64,000 nucleotides of DNA from Rhodospirillales bacterium (GTDB lineage: Bacteria; Pseudomonadota; Alphaproteobacteria; Rhodospirillales; JASLQF01). Where the stretch lies: the NCBI GenBank assembly GCA_030744625.1, contig JASLQF010000044.1, positions 66,506 to 130,505 of the forward strand, given 5' to 3'. The notes under the pieces are model-generated. The model did not search any database. It was given only the letters and a program-made list of their open reading frames with translations, and had not been told where the DNA came from. The translations under genes were made by a program, and so were the position numbers. This document shows positions 36,669-46,736 of the stretch, one piece after another (position 1 is the first letter of the stretch; every line of letters starts with the position of its first letter).

Positions 36669-38273
36669 TCAGGCGTTTTCCGTTTTGAGGGCGCGGCGCA
36701 GGATCTTGCCCACCGGGTTCTTGGGAATTTCCTCCAGGAATTCAAGTGTCTTGGGAATCTTGTAGGGAGCCAGTTGGTCCCGGGCGAAGTCCAGGACCTC
36801 GGCGCCGAGGGCGTCCGACGGTGCCGTCCCTTCCGCCGGCACCACGTAGGCGCAGATGCGGTTTCCATAGCGCTCGTCGGGAAGGCCGATGACGGCGGCT
36901 TCCTTGATGCCGGGGTGTTTGATGAGGGCGTTTTCCACTTCCTGGGGCGAGATGAAGTAACCGCGACTCTTGAACAGATCGTCCTGGCGTCCCTGGAAGA
37001 ACAGGAAACCCTCTTCGTCGGCGATCATGACGTCGCCGGTATCGTACCAATCGCCCTTGAAGGCGTTGCGCCATTTCTCCGGCTGCTTGTGGTAGGTGAG
37101 GAAAAATCCGGGGTCCGAGCGGTGGATCATGAAGCGGCCTGGCTCCCCCACCGGCACGCGTTCGAGCGCCTCGTCGAGGAGCGCCACCCTGAAGCCCGGC
37201 ATCGGCCGGCCGATCGATCCCTTGACCTGTTTCCACGCCCTGAGATTGCCGATGCACGTCTGCACCTCGCCTACCCCGTAGACCTCGTAGATGGGGACGT
37301 CGAAGCGCTTGGCCCACAGTTCGGGGATGGCCGAGCCCATGTGCTCGCCCGAGCTGATGATGAACTCCAGGCTGGACAGGTCGATGCCCTCCTCGCATCC
37401 CTCTTCCGATAGAATTCTGCGATAAAGGGTGGGTACGCTGAAGAACTTGGTCACCTTGTGGCGTTCGATGGCCTCCAGGATTCCGCGTGGCGACACCCGT
37501 TCATGGTAGGCGACCATGGTGACGCCGGAATAAAGGGCGGCGATGTACCCCTGCCCGATCGAGCCCATGAAGCTGAACTCGCCCGGGGCCAGCATGACGT
37601 CGCCCGGCGCGAACTCCATGTGGAGCTTGATGACGTCGCCGAGCGTGATCACCCAGCGGTGCGCGTGCAGGATCCCCTTGGGGTTGCCGGTGGTGCCCGA
37701 CGAATAGCACATGAAGGCGGGGTCGAGGGCGTCCGTGTCCACGGTGTCCACGGTGGCGACGGTGTCTGTGGCCCCGCCCGACGATTCCTTCAAGGCCTCG
37801 TAGGAAAGCTCCCCGGCGGCTGATCCGGCGGCGGCGTCCAGAATCACCAGGTGATCTAGGCGACCCGCCTTCAAAAAATCGCGCAGCGGCGCCGCCACGT
37901 CCTCCATGGCAAGGGCGACGCGCGCCTCGCAGTTGCCAAGCACGTAGTCCACCTCCTCGGGCCGCAGGAGCGAGTTGGACAACACGGAAACCGCGCCCAG
38001 CTTCCAGCAGGCCAGCGCGCCGACGCAGTAATGGGGATGGTTGCGGCTTCTCAACAACACCATGTCGCCGCGCTTCACACCGAGTCGCTTGAGGCCCGCC
38101 GCCACGCGGTTGACCTCGGCCTCGAGCTCCTTGTAGGTGAAGGCGCCGCCGTCCCAGACCATGGCGCGGGCATCGCCAAGCTCGGAAGCGGCATGGCGCT
38201 CCACGGCATGGTGAAAGATGTTCACCTTGGGCGGATACACCCGATAGCCGGGCTCGACGACGACTTCCGCCAT
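36669..38273 (-). CDS. AMP-dependent acyl-CoA synthetase/ligase
   Basis: 534 aa with YSSGTTGNPKGILHAH, YGVGE and a C-terminal NPVGKILRR. Confidence 0.85.
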   Translation of the reverse strand: MAEVVVEPGYRVYPPKVNIFHHAVERHAASELGDARAMVWDGGAFTYKELEAEVNRVAAGLKRLGVKRGDMVLLRSRNHPHYCVGALACWKLGAVSVLSNSLLRPEEVDYVLGNCEARVALAMEDVAAPLRDFLKAGRLDHLVILDAAAGSAAGELSYEALKESSGGATDTVATVDTVDTDALDPAFMCYSSGTTGNPKGILHAHRWVITLGDVIKLHMEFAPGDVMLAPGEFSFMGSIGQGYIAALYSGVTMVAYHERVSPRGILEAIERHKVTKFFSVPTLYRRILSEEGCEEGIDLSSLEFIISSGEHMGSAIPELWAKRFDVPIYEVYGVGEVQTCIGNLRAWKQVKGSIGRPMPGFRVALLDEALERVPVGEPGRFMIHRSDPGFFLTYHKQPEKWRNAFKGDWYDTGDVMIADEEGFLFFQGRQDDLFKSRGYFISPQEVENALIKHPGIKEAAVIGLPDERYGNRICAYVVPAEGTAPSDALGAEVLDFARDQLAPYKIPKTLEFLEEIPKNPVGKILRRALKTENA

Positions 38274-38446
38274 GGTTTTTTCCTATTTCCTTTTTTGCCG
38301 CGCCCGGTTGTTTCACCGTGCGCCGCGATGATAGCCCCATTCCCCGATCATGGCACAAGCCTCCATTTCGACGCCTGACACAAAAAACTCGAAAGCGTTC
38401 TTCCGTCCGGGTATGTAGAGGAACCAGACGACGAGGAAGGTTCGAC

Positions 38447-38614
38447 ATGGACGTCAACGAGTTCCTCGAATCCGATGTCAGAGTCGTCAACATCGGCCTC
38501 GAAAGTTTCGCCCGCGAACTCGGCGAGCGCGGCGTGCCCACCGTGCACGTGGTGTGGGCGCCGCGGGCGGCGAACGCCCGCATCCGCGACCTCCTCGCCA
38601 AGCTCGGTTCCTGA
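38447..38614 (+). CDS. 55-aa protein resembling the extreme C-terminus of E. coli-type FdrA (AllF)
   Basis: MDVNEFLESDVRVVNIGLESFARELGERGVPTVHVVWAPRAANARIRDLLAKLGS. It has a GAGGAAGG SD upstream, high GC3, and a stop overlapping the next start (TGATG). Confidence 0.6.
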   Translation: MDVNEFLESDVRVVNIGLESFARELGERGVPTVHVVWAPRAANARIRDLLAKLGS

Positions 38615-39885
38615 TGGGGCCAAGAGACGCCATGCGGGAAAGAATCGAAAAGGCCAACCAACAGGCCCTGGAAAGGATGTTCGCCGCCGAGCCCGTGCTC
38701 GTCGACGTGCGCCCCGCCGGCGAGGCCATGGCCGGCCTCGAGGACCGCATGGTGCTGCACGCCGGCCCCCCCATCGCCTGGGAGCGCATGTGCGGCCCCT
38801 TGCGCGGCGCCATCGCCGGGGCCGCCGTCTTCGAGGGCTGGGCCGACGACCTGGAAGCCGCCGCCGACCTGGCCGCGTCCGGCGCCATCGCCTTTCACCC
38901 CAACCACCACTTCGACGCCGTCGGCCCGATGACCGGGATCACCACCAGGAGCATGCCGGTGATGGTGGTCGAGAACCGGACCTTCGGGAACCGGGCGTAC
39001 TGCACCCTCAACGAGGGACTGGGCAAGGTCATGCGCTTCGGCGGCAACGACACCGAGGTGCTGGACCGCCTGCGCTGGCTGGCCGACGCGCTGGGCCCGG
39101 CGCTGGCCAAGGCCCTGGCGGTTGCCGGCGGTTTGCCCCTCAAGGGCATCGTCGCCCGCGGCTTGTCGATGGGCGACGAGATGCACCAACGCAACGTCGC
39201 CTGCACCAGCCTCTTCCTGCGCGAGATTTCCCCCGCCCTGGCGCGCGCCGCCGGCGATCCCAAGTCCCTGGCCTCGGTCCTCGAGTTCATCGCCGACAAC
39301 GACCAGTTCTTCCTCAACATCGCCATGGCCCTGGGCAAGGCCATCACCGACCCGGTGCGCGGCATCGAGGGCTCGACCATCGTCACCGCCATGTCGCGCA
39401 ACGGCACCGACTTCGGCATCCGCGTCAGCGGCACCGGCGACGATTGGTTCACCGCGCCCGTGGAAATGCCCAACGGCCTCTACTTCCCCGGCTACACGGA
39501 GGAAGACGCCAACCCCGACATGGGGGATTCGACCATCGTCGAGACCGTCGGTCTCGGCGGCTTCGCCATGGCGGCGGCGCCGGCGGTGGCCGGCTTCGTC
39601 GGCGCCGGCTCGGCCGCCGACGCCGCCAACTACACGCATACCATGTACGAGATCACGGCCGGGCGGAACCCGGACTGGACGTTGCCCTCCCTCGACTTCG
39701 CCGGCGCGCCGACGGGCATCGACATCCGCAAGGTGCTGGAGACCGGGATCGCCCCCACCATCAACACCGGCATCGCCCACCGCGAGCCCGGCGTCGGGCA
39801 GGTTGGGGCTGGCATCGTCAAAGCGCCCATGGCCTGCTTCGTCCGGGCCCTTGAGGCCTTTGCCGCCGCCATGGGTGTGACATGA
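38614..39885 (+). CDS. ylbE: DUF1116 protein (YlbE/AllG-like subunit of oxamate carbamoyltransferase)
   Basis: From the ATG at 38614 (MGPRDAMRERIEKAN...). It is collinear with my memory of E. coli YlbE: HAGPPI.W..M.GP..GA, NEGLGKVMRFG, DQFFLN.AMA, NPDMGDS.I.ET.G.GG, INTGIAH.E.G.GQ.GAG. Confidence 0.85.
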   Translation: MGPRDAMRERIEKANQQALERMFAAEPVLVDVRPAGEAMAGLEDRMVLHAGPPIAWERMCGPLRGAIAGAAVFEGWADDLEAAADLAASGAIAFHPNHHFDAVGPMTGITTRSMPVMVVENRTFGNRAYCTLNEGLGKVMRFGGNDTEVLDRLRWLADALGPALAKALAVAGGLPLKGIVARGLSMGDEMHQRNVACTSLFLREISPALARAAGDPKSLASVLEFIADNDQFFLNIAMALGKAITDPVRGIEGSTIVTAMSRNGTDFGIRVSGTGDDWFTAPVEMPNGLYFPGYTEEDANPDMGDSTIVETVGLGGFAMAAAPAVAGFVGAGSAADAANYTHTMYEITAGRNPDWTLPSLDFAGAPTGIDIRKVLETGIAPTINTGIAHREPGVGQVGAGIVKAPMACFVRALEAFAAAMGVT

Positions 39886-41396
39886 GCGAGGCCGCCGTCC
39901 TCAACCGGGTGCGGCCGGGCTTCTACCTGGATTCGGTGGCCCTCATGCGCCATTCGCAGGCCGTCGCGGCGCTTCCCGGCGTCGAGACGGCGGCCATGAT
40001 GATCGGCTCCGAATCCAACAAGGGGATCATGGAGGACGCCGGCCTCCTCGCCGACGAGGGTCGCGGCGCGGAGCCCAACGACCTCATCATCGCGGTGCGG
40101 GCGGAGAGCGCCGAGACCGGCGAAGCGGCCCTCACGGAAGCCGAGGCCCTTCTCGACCGCCCGGCGGCGGCGGGCGGCGAAGCGGGCGCCTGGAACCCGA
40201 AGAGCCTGGAGACGGCGCTCGAAACCCTGGCCGGCGCCAACCTGGCGCTTATCTCCGTGCCCGGGGAATTCGCCGCCGACGAGGCGCGCAAGGCGCTGGC
40301 CAAGGGCCTCCACGTGATGATCTTCAGCGACAACGTGACCATCGAGGACGAGCGCGCCCTCAAGGAGGAAGCGCGGCGCCGAGGCCTTCTGGTCATGGGG
40401 CCGGACTGCGGCACGGCGATTATCGGCGGCGTGCCGTTGGCCTTCGCCAACGAGGTGCCGCGCGGCGCCATCGGTTTGGTGTCGGCTTCGGGGACCGGTC
40501 TTCAGGAGGTTTCGTGCCTTATCGCGCGCGGCGGCAAGGGCGTGTCTCACGGCATCGGGGTGGGCGGACGCGACCTCGGCGACAAGGTCGGCGGGCTGAT
40601 GACGCTGATGGCCATCGATGCCCTCGACGCGGACGCGCGGACTAAGCACATCGTCGTCATTTCCAAACCGCCTTCCGACGCCGTGGCCAAGACCGTGCTG
40701 GCGCGTGTCGCCGAAAGCCCCAAGACCTTCACCATATGTTTTCTCGGCCTGGACACCATCGACCTGCCCGAAAACGCGGTCCTGGCGCCGACCCTGGAAG
40801 CCGCCGCCGCCGAGGCGCTGGGCAATCCTCTCTCCGAGCTTTCACCCGACGAGGAAGCCAAGGCCGCCGAGAAGGCCAAGGGGATGGACGTGGGCAGGCG
40901 CTGGATTCGCGCCCTTTTCGCCGGCGGCACCATGTGCGCCGAGACCCAGGTCATCTTCCGCGCCGCCGGCCAGAATATTCTATCCAACGTCCCCATTCCC
41001 GGCGCCCTGCCGCTTGGCGATGCCATCGCCGGACACAGCGCCATCGACCTCGGCGCCGACGAGTACACCGTCGGCCGGCCCCACCCGATGATCGAGCCGG
41101 CGGTGCGCAACGACGAGCTCGAGGTTGCGTTGGCCGAGCCCGACGCCGCCGTGATCCTGCTCGACATGGTGATCGGCCATGGCGCCCACGCCGACCCGGC
41201 CGGCGATCTGGCCGACGTGCTGAAGGGAGCCAAGAGCGGCGGCCCCGTTGTCATCGCCTCGGTCACCGGCACCGAAGACGACCCCCAGGTCTATTCCGAG
41301 CAGATCGTGAAATTGCGCATGGCCGGGGTCATGGTGGCGCCGTCCAACGCCCGCGCCACCGCCCTGGCCTTGGCCATCGTCGGGCACCTGGCGTAA
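39882..41396 (+). CDS. fdrA: FdrA/AllF-like protein (succinyl-CoA-synthetase-alpha-like fold), lacking the E. coli C-terminal ~50 aa
   Basis: 504 aa with LALISVPGEFAA, MIFSDNV..EDE..LK, GLLVMGPDCGT, GASGTG.QE and DLG.DEYTVGRPHPMI. Its start overlaps the upstream stop (ATGA). Confidence 0.85.
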   Translation: MSEAAVLNRVRPGFYLDSVALMRHSQAVAALPGVETAAMMIGSESNKGIMEDAGLLADEGRGAEPNDLIIAVRAESAETGEAALTEAEALLDRPAAAGGEAGAWNPKSLETALETLAGANLALISVPGEFAADEARKALAKGLHVMIFSDNVTIEDERALKEEARRRGLLVMGPDCGTAIIGGVPLAFANEVPRGAIGLVSASGTGLQEVSCLIARGGKGVSHGIGVGGRDLGDKVGGLMTLMAIDALDADARTKHIVVISKPPSDAVAKTVLARVAESPKTFTICFLGLDTIDLPENAVLAPTLEAAAAEALGNPLSELSPDEEAKAAEKAKGMDVGRRWIRALFAGGTMCAETQVIFRAAGQNILSNVPIPGALPLGDAIAGHSAIDLGADEYTVGRPHPMIEPAVRNDELEVALAEPDAAVILLDMVIGHGAHADPAGDLADVLKGAKSGGPVVIASVTGTEDDPQVYSEQIVKLRMAGVMVAPSNARATALALAIVGHLA

Positions 41397-41417
41397 TACA
41401 TAGCGTAATTCCGGCGC

Positions 41418-42401
41418 TCAATTTTCCTGAAAGCTTTGCTGGCAGCCAAGTGCCGCCACTGCCGCCACGGCGCCGGCCAGCGCGTCCCACCCCGAGGTGT
41501 GGCCGATGGCGTCGATGGCGTCGAGGTGGGCGGCGAGGCCGGGCGCGCCGGGCGTGCCGAGCGCGGCCAGGGCTTCGTGCAGGGCGGCGGCGCCCTCTCC
41601 TTGGGCAGCGCAAGCCAAGTGCGCATAGCTGATGGCGCCGGTTTGCGCGCGGGCCAGCGGCAGCGCCCACGCCGCCAGCCGGTCCGCCGCGCCGCTTTGG
41701 TCGAAGGTACGGAGCGCGATCATGGCGCCACCCACGAAGTCGTCTCCCGATGGCGTGAGCCCCGGGCCGAGGCCGATGAGGCCGGCCGCCCCGCGCAGCC
41801 GCTGGGCGTCTTCTCCCTCTCCCCACCGATCATCTCCGAGCACCGATTCCAGCCAGGCGCGCAGCGCCGCCACCCCCGCCGAGGCGGCGCACAGGAAAGG
41901 CGAAGCGGCGAAATCTCCTTCCCCGGCGGCGCCTTCCCGGCCCGCCAGCCCGGGGATCAGGGGGCCCAGGCAGTCGGCCGGCGCTACTAGCCGCGCCCGC
42001 GTCGCCAGGGTGTCGAGTCCGCGCCCAAGATCCGCCGCCGTCCATGACATGGCGGGCGGCCCCGGCCGCCACGCCGGCGCCCCGGCGAGGGGGAAGGCGA
42101 AACGCCCGTCCACCACCAGCGCCTCACCGCCGCGCCGCGCCCGGGCCCCGGCGACGAGGCCGCTGGCCTGCCAATCGATGCCGTCGGGCAGCGCCGCGAT
42201 GGCGTTGAGTGGCCCGCCACCGAGGGACGGCGGCCCCAGGCAGGCGAGCCCGCCGCTCTTGCTTTCCACATAGAAGCTGCGCCGGAAGACCGCCATCACT
42301 CGGCCGTCCAGGCCGGATGCCAGCGCCCGTTCGGCGCCGGCCCCGAGCAGCGTTACCGGAAACGTGAAAGGCGCGGCGCGCGAGACGCCGGGCTCAGCCA
42401 T
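41418..42401 (-). CDS. ylbF: DUF2877 protein (YlbF/AllH-like)
   Basis: 327 aa with GLGPGLTPSGDDFVGGAMIAL, which I recall as the DUF2877 hallmark. It overlaps the carbamate kinase gene by 8 nt. Confidence 0.7.
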   Translation of the reverse strand: MAEPGVSRAAPFTFPVTLLGAGAERALASGLDGRVMAVFRRSFYVESKSGGLACLGPPSLGGGPLNAIAALPDGIDWQASGLVAGARARRGGEALVVDGRFAFPLAGAPAWRPGPPAMSWTAADLGRGLDTLATRARLVAPADCLGPLIPGLAGREGAAGEGDFAASPFLCAASAGVAALRAWLESVLGDDRWGEGEDAQRLRGAAGLIGLGPGLTPSGDDFVGGAMIALRTFDQSGAADRLAAWALPLARAQTGAISYAHLACAAQGEGAAALHEALAALGTPGAPGLAAHLDAIDAIGHTSGWDALAGAVAAVAALGCQQSFQEN

Positions 42402-43362
42402 CGCCGGCGACGACGTGGGTGCCGGTCTCTCCGCGCAAGGCCGGCATGGCCTCCTCGAGGTTGCCGATGATCACCCGCTTGCCGCCGCCCTCGAGGAAGC
42501 GGATCGCCGCCTCCACCTTGGGGCCCATGCTGCCCGCCGGAAACTGCCCTTCGGCGTGATAGGCGCGCATCTCGGCGAGCGACACTTCGCCGAGCTGGCG
42601 CTCCTCGGGCGTGCCGAAGTCGATGGCGATGCGGGGCACGGCGGTGAGGATCATCATCACCTCGATGTCCAGCACGTTGGCCATGAGGGCCGACGTCAGG
42701 TCCTTGTCGATGACCGCCTCGATCCCGTGGCGGGCGCCCTTCGGGCCACGGGTGACGGGGATGCCGCCGCCGCCGGCGGCGATGGCGATGGCGCCGCTTT
42801 TCGCCACCGTGTCGATGAGGGAAATATCGCAGACGTGCTTGGGCAGGGGTGAGGCCACGACCTGGCGCCAGCCGCGCCCGGCGTCCTCGATCATGGTCCA
42901 GCCCAGCCTTTCTTCCAGGTCGCGGGCCTGTTCCTCGGTATAGAAGTATCCGATCGGCTTGCTGGGGATCTTGAAGGCGGGGTCGTCGGCGTCGACCTCC
43001 ACCTGGGTCAGCAGGCACACCGCGTGGCGCTGGTTGCCGGCCTCGCGGAGCGCATTCTCCAGGGCCTGCATGAGCAGGTAGGCGATGCCGCCCTGGCTGT
43101 GCGCCACGCAGATGTCGAGGGTCATGGGCACGACCTCTTTTCGGGCCAGCACCTGGCGCATGAGGATCTTCCCCACCACCGGACCGTTGCCGTGGGTGAT
43201 GATCAACTCGTTGTCCATTTCCATGATGGGCAGCAGCGAGTCGCCGGTGTGGGCGGCGATGTCGACCTGCTGCTCGACCGTGCCCTCGATGTCTCCCGGG
43301 TGGAAGGCGTTGCCGCCGATGGCGACGAGAAGGCGCTTGGGAGTATCCAGGTGGTCGCTCAT
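42394..43362 (-). CDS. arcC: Carbamate kinase
   Basis: 322 aa with LLVAIGGNAF...ITHGNGPVVG... and AAGGGGIPV, the classic carbamate kinase motifs. Confidence 0.9.
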   Translation of the reverse strand: MSDHLDTPKRLLVAIGGNAFHPGDIEGTVEQQVDIAAHTGDSLLPIMEMDNELIITHGNGPVVGKILMRQVLARKEVVPMTLDICVAHSQGGIAYLLMQALENALREAGNQRHAVCLLTQVEVDADDPAFKIPSKPIGYFYTEEQARDLEERLGWTMIEDAGRGWRQVVASPLPKHVCDISLIDTVAKSGAIAIAAGGGGIPVTRGPKGARHGIEAVIDKDLTSALMANVLDIEVMMILTAVPRIAIDFGTPEERQLGEVSLAEMRAYHAEGQFPAGSMGPKVEAAIRFLEGGGKRVIIGNLEEAMPALRGETGTHVVAGDG

Positions 43363-43612
43363 GCGGTTCGGTCCTTCACTCGATCGTCCAAAGGAAGAAC
43401 GGAAACTTGCCCACCGCGCCGCCCAGCCCAGTGTTCATAAACGGCGGCAGCCACTGATAAAGTCACTATACATGACCGGCCATTCAAAATAGGCTGGTGC
43501 CTTCGGGGAGGCAAGGAATTGCCTTAGAGAACAACGAGATCAAGCCTGAGTCCAAGCCTTGGCGCCTGGAGCCGGGCTTGTGTTTGACGACAAACGAAAA
43601 AGGGAGGACGCA

Positions 43613-44620
43613 ATGAAAGCATTATGGAAATCCGGAGCGGCCTGGCTTTGCCTGGCGTTCCTTTTGGGCCTTGCGGCGACCGCGGTTCCGCAACTCTCGG
43701 CGCAGGCGGCGTGGGAGCCCAAGAAGCCCGTCGAGTTCGTCATCATGGCCGGCAAGGGCGGCGGCGCCGACCGGCTTGCCCGCTTCATCCAGGGCATCAT
43801 CGAGAAGCACAAGCTGTCGTCGAAGCCCTTCGTGCCCATCAACAAGGGCGGCGGATCGGGCGCCGAGGCGTTGCGTTACCTGAAGGACAACAAGGGCAAC
43901 CCCCACGTCATCATGGCGACGCTCAACAGCTACTACACGACCCCCCTGCGCCAGCCCGGGCTTGGCGTCGATATCGAGAAGTTCACTCCGATCACGCGCC
44001 TGGCCGAAGACACCTTCCAGCTTTGGGTCCATTCCGACACCAACATCAATTCGGTCGACGACTACGTCAAGGCCGTCAAAGCAGCGGGCGGCGCCAACTG
44101 GAAGATGGGTGGTACCGGCAAGGGCCAGGAAGACTCGCTGGTCACCGGGATGCTGGAGAAGAAGTTCGGCATTAAGGTGACCTACGTTCCCTTCAAGGGC
44201 GGCGGAACGGTGGCCAAGCAGCTCATCGGCAAGCACCTCAACTCGACCGTCAACAACCCGTCCGAGCAGGCCGGTTTCTGGGAGGCCGGCAAGTCGCGGC
44301 CGCTCGCCAGCTTCACGCCCAAGGGCAAGCTGAAGGGCCGCTTCGGCAAAATCCCGACCTTCGAGGAACTGGGCTACGGCGCAGAAATGGTCTACTACAT
44401 GCAGCGTAGCGTCATCGCCCCCGAAGGCATCGACAAGAACGTACAGGCCTTCTACGTCAGCGTCTTCGACAAGGTCTACAAGTCCAAAGAGTGGCAGGAC
44501 TACCTCGGTAAGAAGGGCTTGATTCCGGGTTGGCTGACAGGCGGCGAACTCACCAGGTACTTCGTCAAGGAGCGCGAGGCCCATCGCGCCATGCTCAAGG
44601 CGGCGGGCGAAATAAAGTAG
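43613..44620 (+). CDS. tctC: Tripartite tricarboxylate transporter substrate-binding protein (TctC/Bug family)
   Basis: From the ATG at 43613, with AGGGAGGA upstream. It has a signal peptide MKALWKSGAAWLCLAFLLGLAATAV, then PVEFVIMAGKGGGAD...VPFKGGG. Confidence 0.85.
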   Translation: MKALWKSGAAWLCLAFLLGLAATAVPQLSAQAAWEPKKPVEFVIMAGKGGGADRLARFIQGIIEKHKLSSKPFVPINKGGGSGAEALRYLKDNKGNPHVIMATLNSYYTTPLRQPGLGVDIEKFTPITRLAEDTFQLWVHSDTNINSVDDYVKAVKAAGGANWKMGGTGKGQEDSLVTGMLEKKFGIKVTYVPFKGGGTVAKQLIGKHLNSTVNNPSEQAGFWEAGKSRPLASFTPKGKLKGRFGKIPTFEELGYGAEMVYYMQRSVIAPEGIDKNVQAFYVSVFDKVYKSKEWQDYLGKKGLIPGWLTGGELTRYFVKEREAHRAMLKAAGEIK

Positions 44621-44669
44621 CCGCGCCGCGATAGCGGACATCGGGGGAAACGGGAGGAAAAACACCGTC

Positions 44670-45167
44670 ATGCGCGTTGCCGAGCTCGTCATGGCCATCG
44701 CCATGGCGGTGTTCTCCCTTTTGCTGATGTGGAAAAGCACGGAACTCCCCATCGGCTGGATACCCGGAGAGGGTCCAGGCGGTGGGGCGTTTCCGTTCTG
44801 GCTGTCGGCGGCGATGCTGCTCTGCTGCATCGCCATCATCGTCCGCTGGGTGCTCAGGGCCAGCCCTCCGTCGCGTTCCACGGAAGCCTACATGGACCCC
44901 CAAGCGCTCAAGCTGTTCGCCCTGGTGGCCGGCTCGCTGACGGTGATGGTCGGTCTCATCCACATCATTGGCGTCTATATCTCGCTGCCGCTCTTTATGA
45001 TTTTCTACATGCGTGTCCTCGGCGGGCACTCATGGAAGACCGTCGGCGGCATTGCCACCGCCACCCCCGTCGTCTCGTTCTTTTTCTTCGAGATCGCCCT
45101 GAAGATCGAGCTGCCCAAGGGCATGACGGAACCGCTGTTCTATCCCCTCTACGACATCTTTATGTGA
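44670..45167 (+). CDS. tctB: TctB-family small membrane subunit
   Basis: 165 aa with four hydrophobic helices, positioned between tctC and tctA. Confidence 0.7.
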   Translation: MRVAELVMAIAMAVFSLLLMWKSTELPIGWIPGEGPGGGAFPFWLSAAMLLCCIAIIVRWVLRASPPSRSTEAYMDPQALKLFALVAGSLTVMVGLIHIIGVYISLPLFMIFYMRVLGGHSWKTVGGIATATPVVSFFFFEIALKIELPKGMTEPLFYPLYDIFM

Positions 45168-45197
45168 TCGGCCGACAATGCGGCCGAGTTAGCAAGC

Positions 45198-46718
45198 ATG
45201 GAAATTTTCGCCCACCTCGCCGATGGTTTCCTGATCGCCTTCGAGCCTCTCAACCTGGGGCTCGTGGTCTTCGGATGCGCGGTTGGGCTGTTCATCGGCG
45301 CCATGCCGGGCCTGGGCTCGGTCAACGGGGTCGCCATTCTGCTGCCCATGACGTTCCTGGTGCCGCCGACCTCGGCCATCATTTTCCTCGGCGCAATCTA
45401 TTACGGCGCCATGTACGGGGGCGCCATCAGCTCGATCATGCTGGGCATCCCCGGCGCCTCGACGGCGGTGGCCACCACCTTCGACGGCCGCCCCATGGCC
45501 ATGCAGGGCAGGGCGGACGAAGCCCTGATCGCGGCGGCGGTCGCGTCGTTCGTCGGCGGTTCCATTTCGATCGTGCTTTTCACCCTGTTCGCGCCGCCCC
45601 TCGCCGAGGTGGCGCTCGCCTTCGGCCCGCCCGAGGAATTCGCCTTGATGGTCCTCGCCTTCGCCACCTTCATCGGGCTCGGCGGCGACGACATCCCGAA
45701 GACCTTCTTCTCCATCTGCATCGGACTGGTGATGAGCGCCGTCGGCCTCGACATCGTCAGCGGCGAGCCACGGCTGATCTTCGGCGACCTGCCCGGCTTC
45801 TTTCATGGAATAAATTTCCTGGTGCTGGCCATCGGCATCTACGGCATCGGCGAGATGCTGTGGACGGTGGAGATCAGCAAGGGCGAAGTCATGGTGTCGC
45901 AGGCGACGGTGACCTTGGCGCGCGTCGTCGCCGGGCTGAAGAACCTCAAAGGCACCATCAAGACCATGTTGATGGGGTCGTTCCTGGGCTATTTCGTGGG
46001 CATCCTGCCGGCCGCCGGGGCGACGCCCGGGTCCTTGATGGCCTACGGCATCGCCAAGACCATCAGCAAGGACCCGGACAGCTTCGGCAAGGGCAACGTG
46101 GATGGCGTGGTGGCCCCCGAATCAGCCAACAACGCGGCCTCGACGGGCTCCATGCTGCCCATGCTGACCCTCGGCATTCCGGGCTCGCCGACCACCGCCA
46201 TCCTGCTTGGCGGCATGGTCATCTGGGGGCTCGAGCCGGGGCCGCTTCTGTTCGTCAATCACGCCGACTTCGTATGGGGGCTGATCGCCAGCCTGTATGC
46301 CGCCAACCTCTTCGCACTGCTCATCAATATCGGCTTCATCCCGGTCTTCATCTGGGTGCTGAGACTGCCATTCACCATCCTGGCGCCGTTGATCTTCGGG
46401 CTGTGCGTGATCGGCGGGTACGCTCCCACCCGAAGCATGCACGACCTCTGGCTAATGCTGATTTTCGGTGTCGTCGGATATCTGATGCGCAAGCTCGATT
46501 ACCCAATGGCGCCGGCCGTCCTCGCCATCGTGCTCGGCCCGCTCGCCGAGCGCTCCATGCGCCAGACCCTGATCGGCTCGCACGGCGACATCACGGAGTT
46601 CTTCGTGCGCCCCATCTCGGGCACCATCATGGTCGTCGCCCTCATCCTTATTTTCCTGCCGCTAGTCAACGTCTTGCGCAACATGGTGCGCCACCGAATC
46701 TCCAAAACGCCACTCTAG
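45198..46718 (+). CDS. tctA: TctA-family large permease subunit
   Basis: 506 aa, polytopic, with GAMPGLG..NGVA.LLP and PESANNAA..G...P.L.LGIPGS motifs. Confidence 0.9.
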   Translation: MEIFAHLADGFLIAFEPLNLGLVVFGCAVGLFIGAMPGLGSVNGVAILLPMTFLVPPTSAIIFLGAIYYGAMYGGAISSIMLGIPGASTAVATTFDGRPMAMQGRADEALIAAAVASFVGGSISIVLFTLFAPPLAEVALAFGPPEEFALMVLAFATFIGLGGDDIPKTFFSICIGLVMSAVGLDIVSGEPRLIFGDLPGFFHGINFLVLAIGIYGIGEMLWTVEISKGEVMVSQATVTLARVVAGLKNLKGTIKTMLMGSFLGYFVGILPAAGATPGSLMAYGIAKTISKDPDSFGKGNVDGVVAPESANNAASTGSMLPMLTLGIPGSPTTAILLGGMVIWGLEPGPLLFVNHADFVWGLIASLYAANLFALLINIGFIPVFIWVLRLPFTILAPLIFGLCVIGGYAPTRSMHDLWLMLIFGVVGYLMRKLDYPMAPAVLAIVLGPLAERSMRQTLIGSHGDITEFFVRPISGTIMVVALILIFLPLVNVLRNMVRHRISKTPL

Positions 46719-46736
46719 CGCGCTTTTTTCCTGTTG

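Noticed and set aside
37501-39780. A 759-aa ORF on the minus strand spanning the ligase 5' end, the mini-ORF and the DUF1116 gene.
   Set aside because: It is antisense to three well-supported genes. Its Arg/Gly/Ala/Pro-rich, low-complexity translation is typical of high-GC shadow ORFs, and it shows no recognisable motifs.
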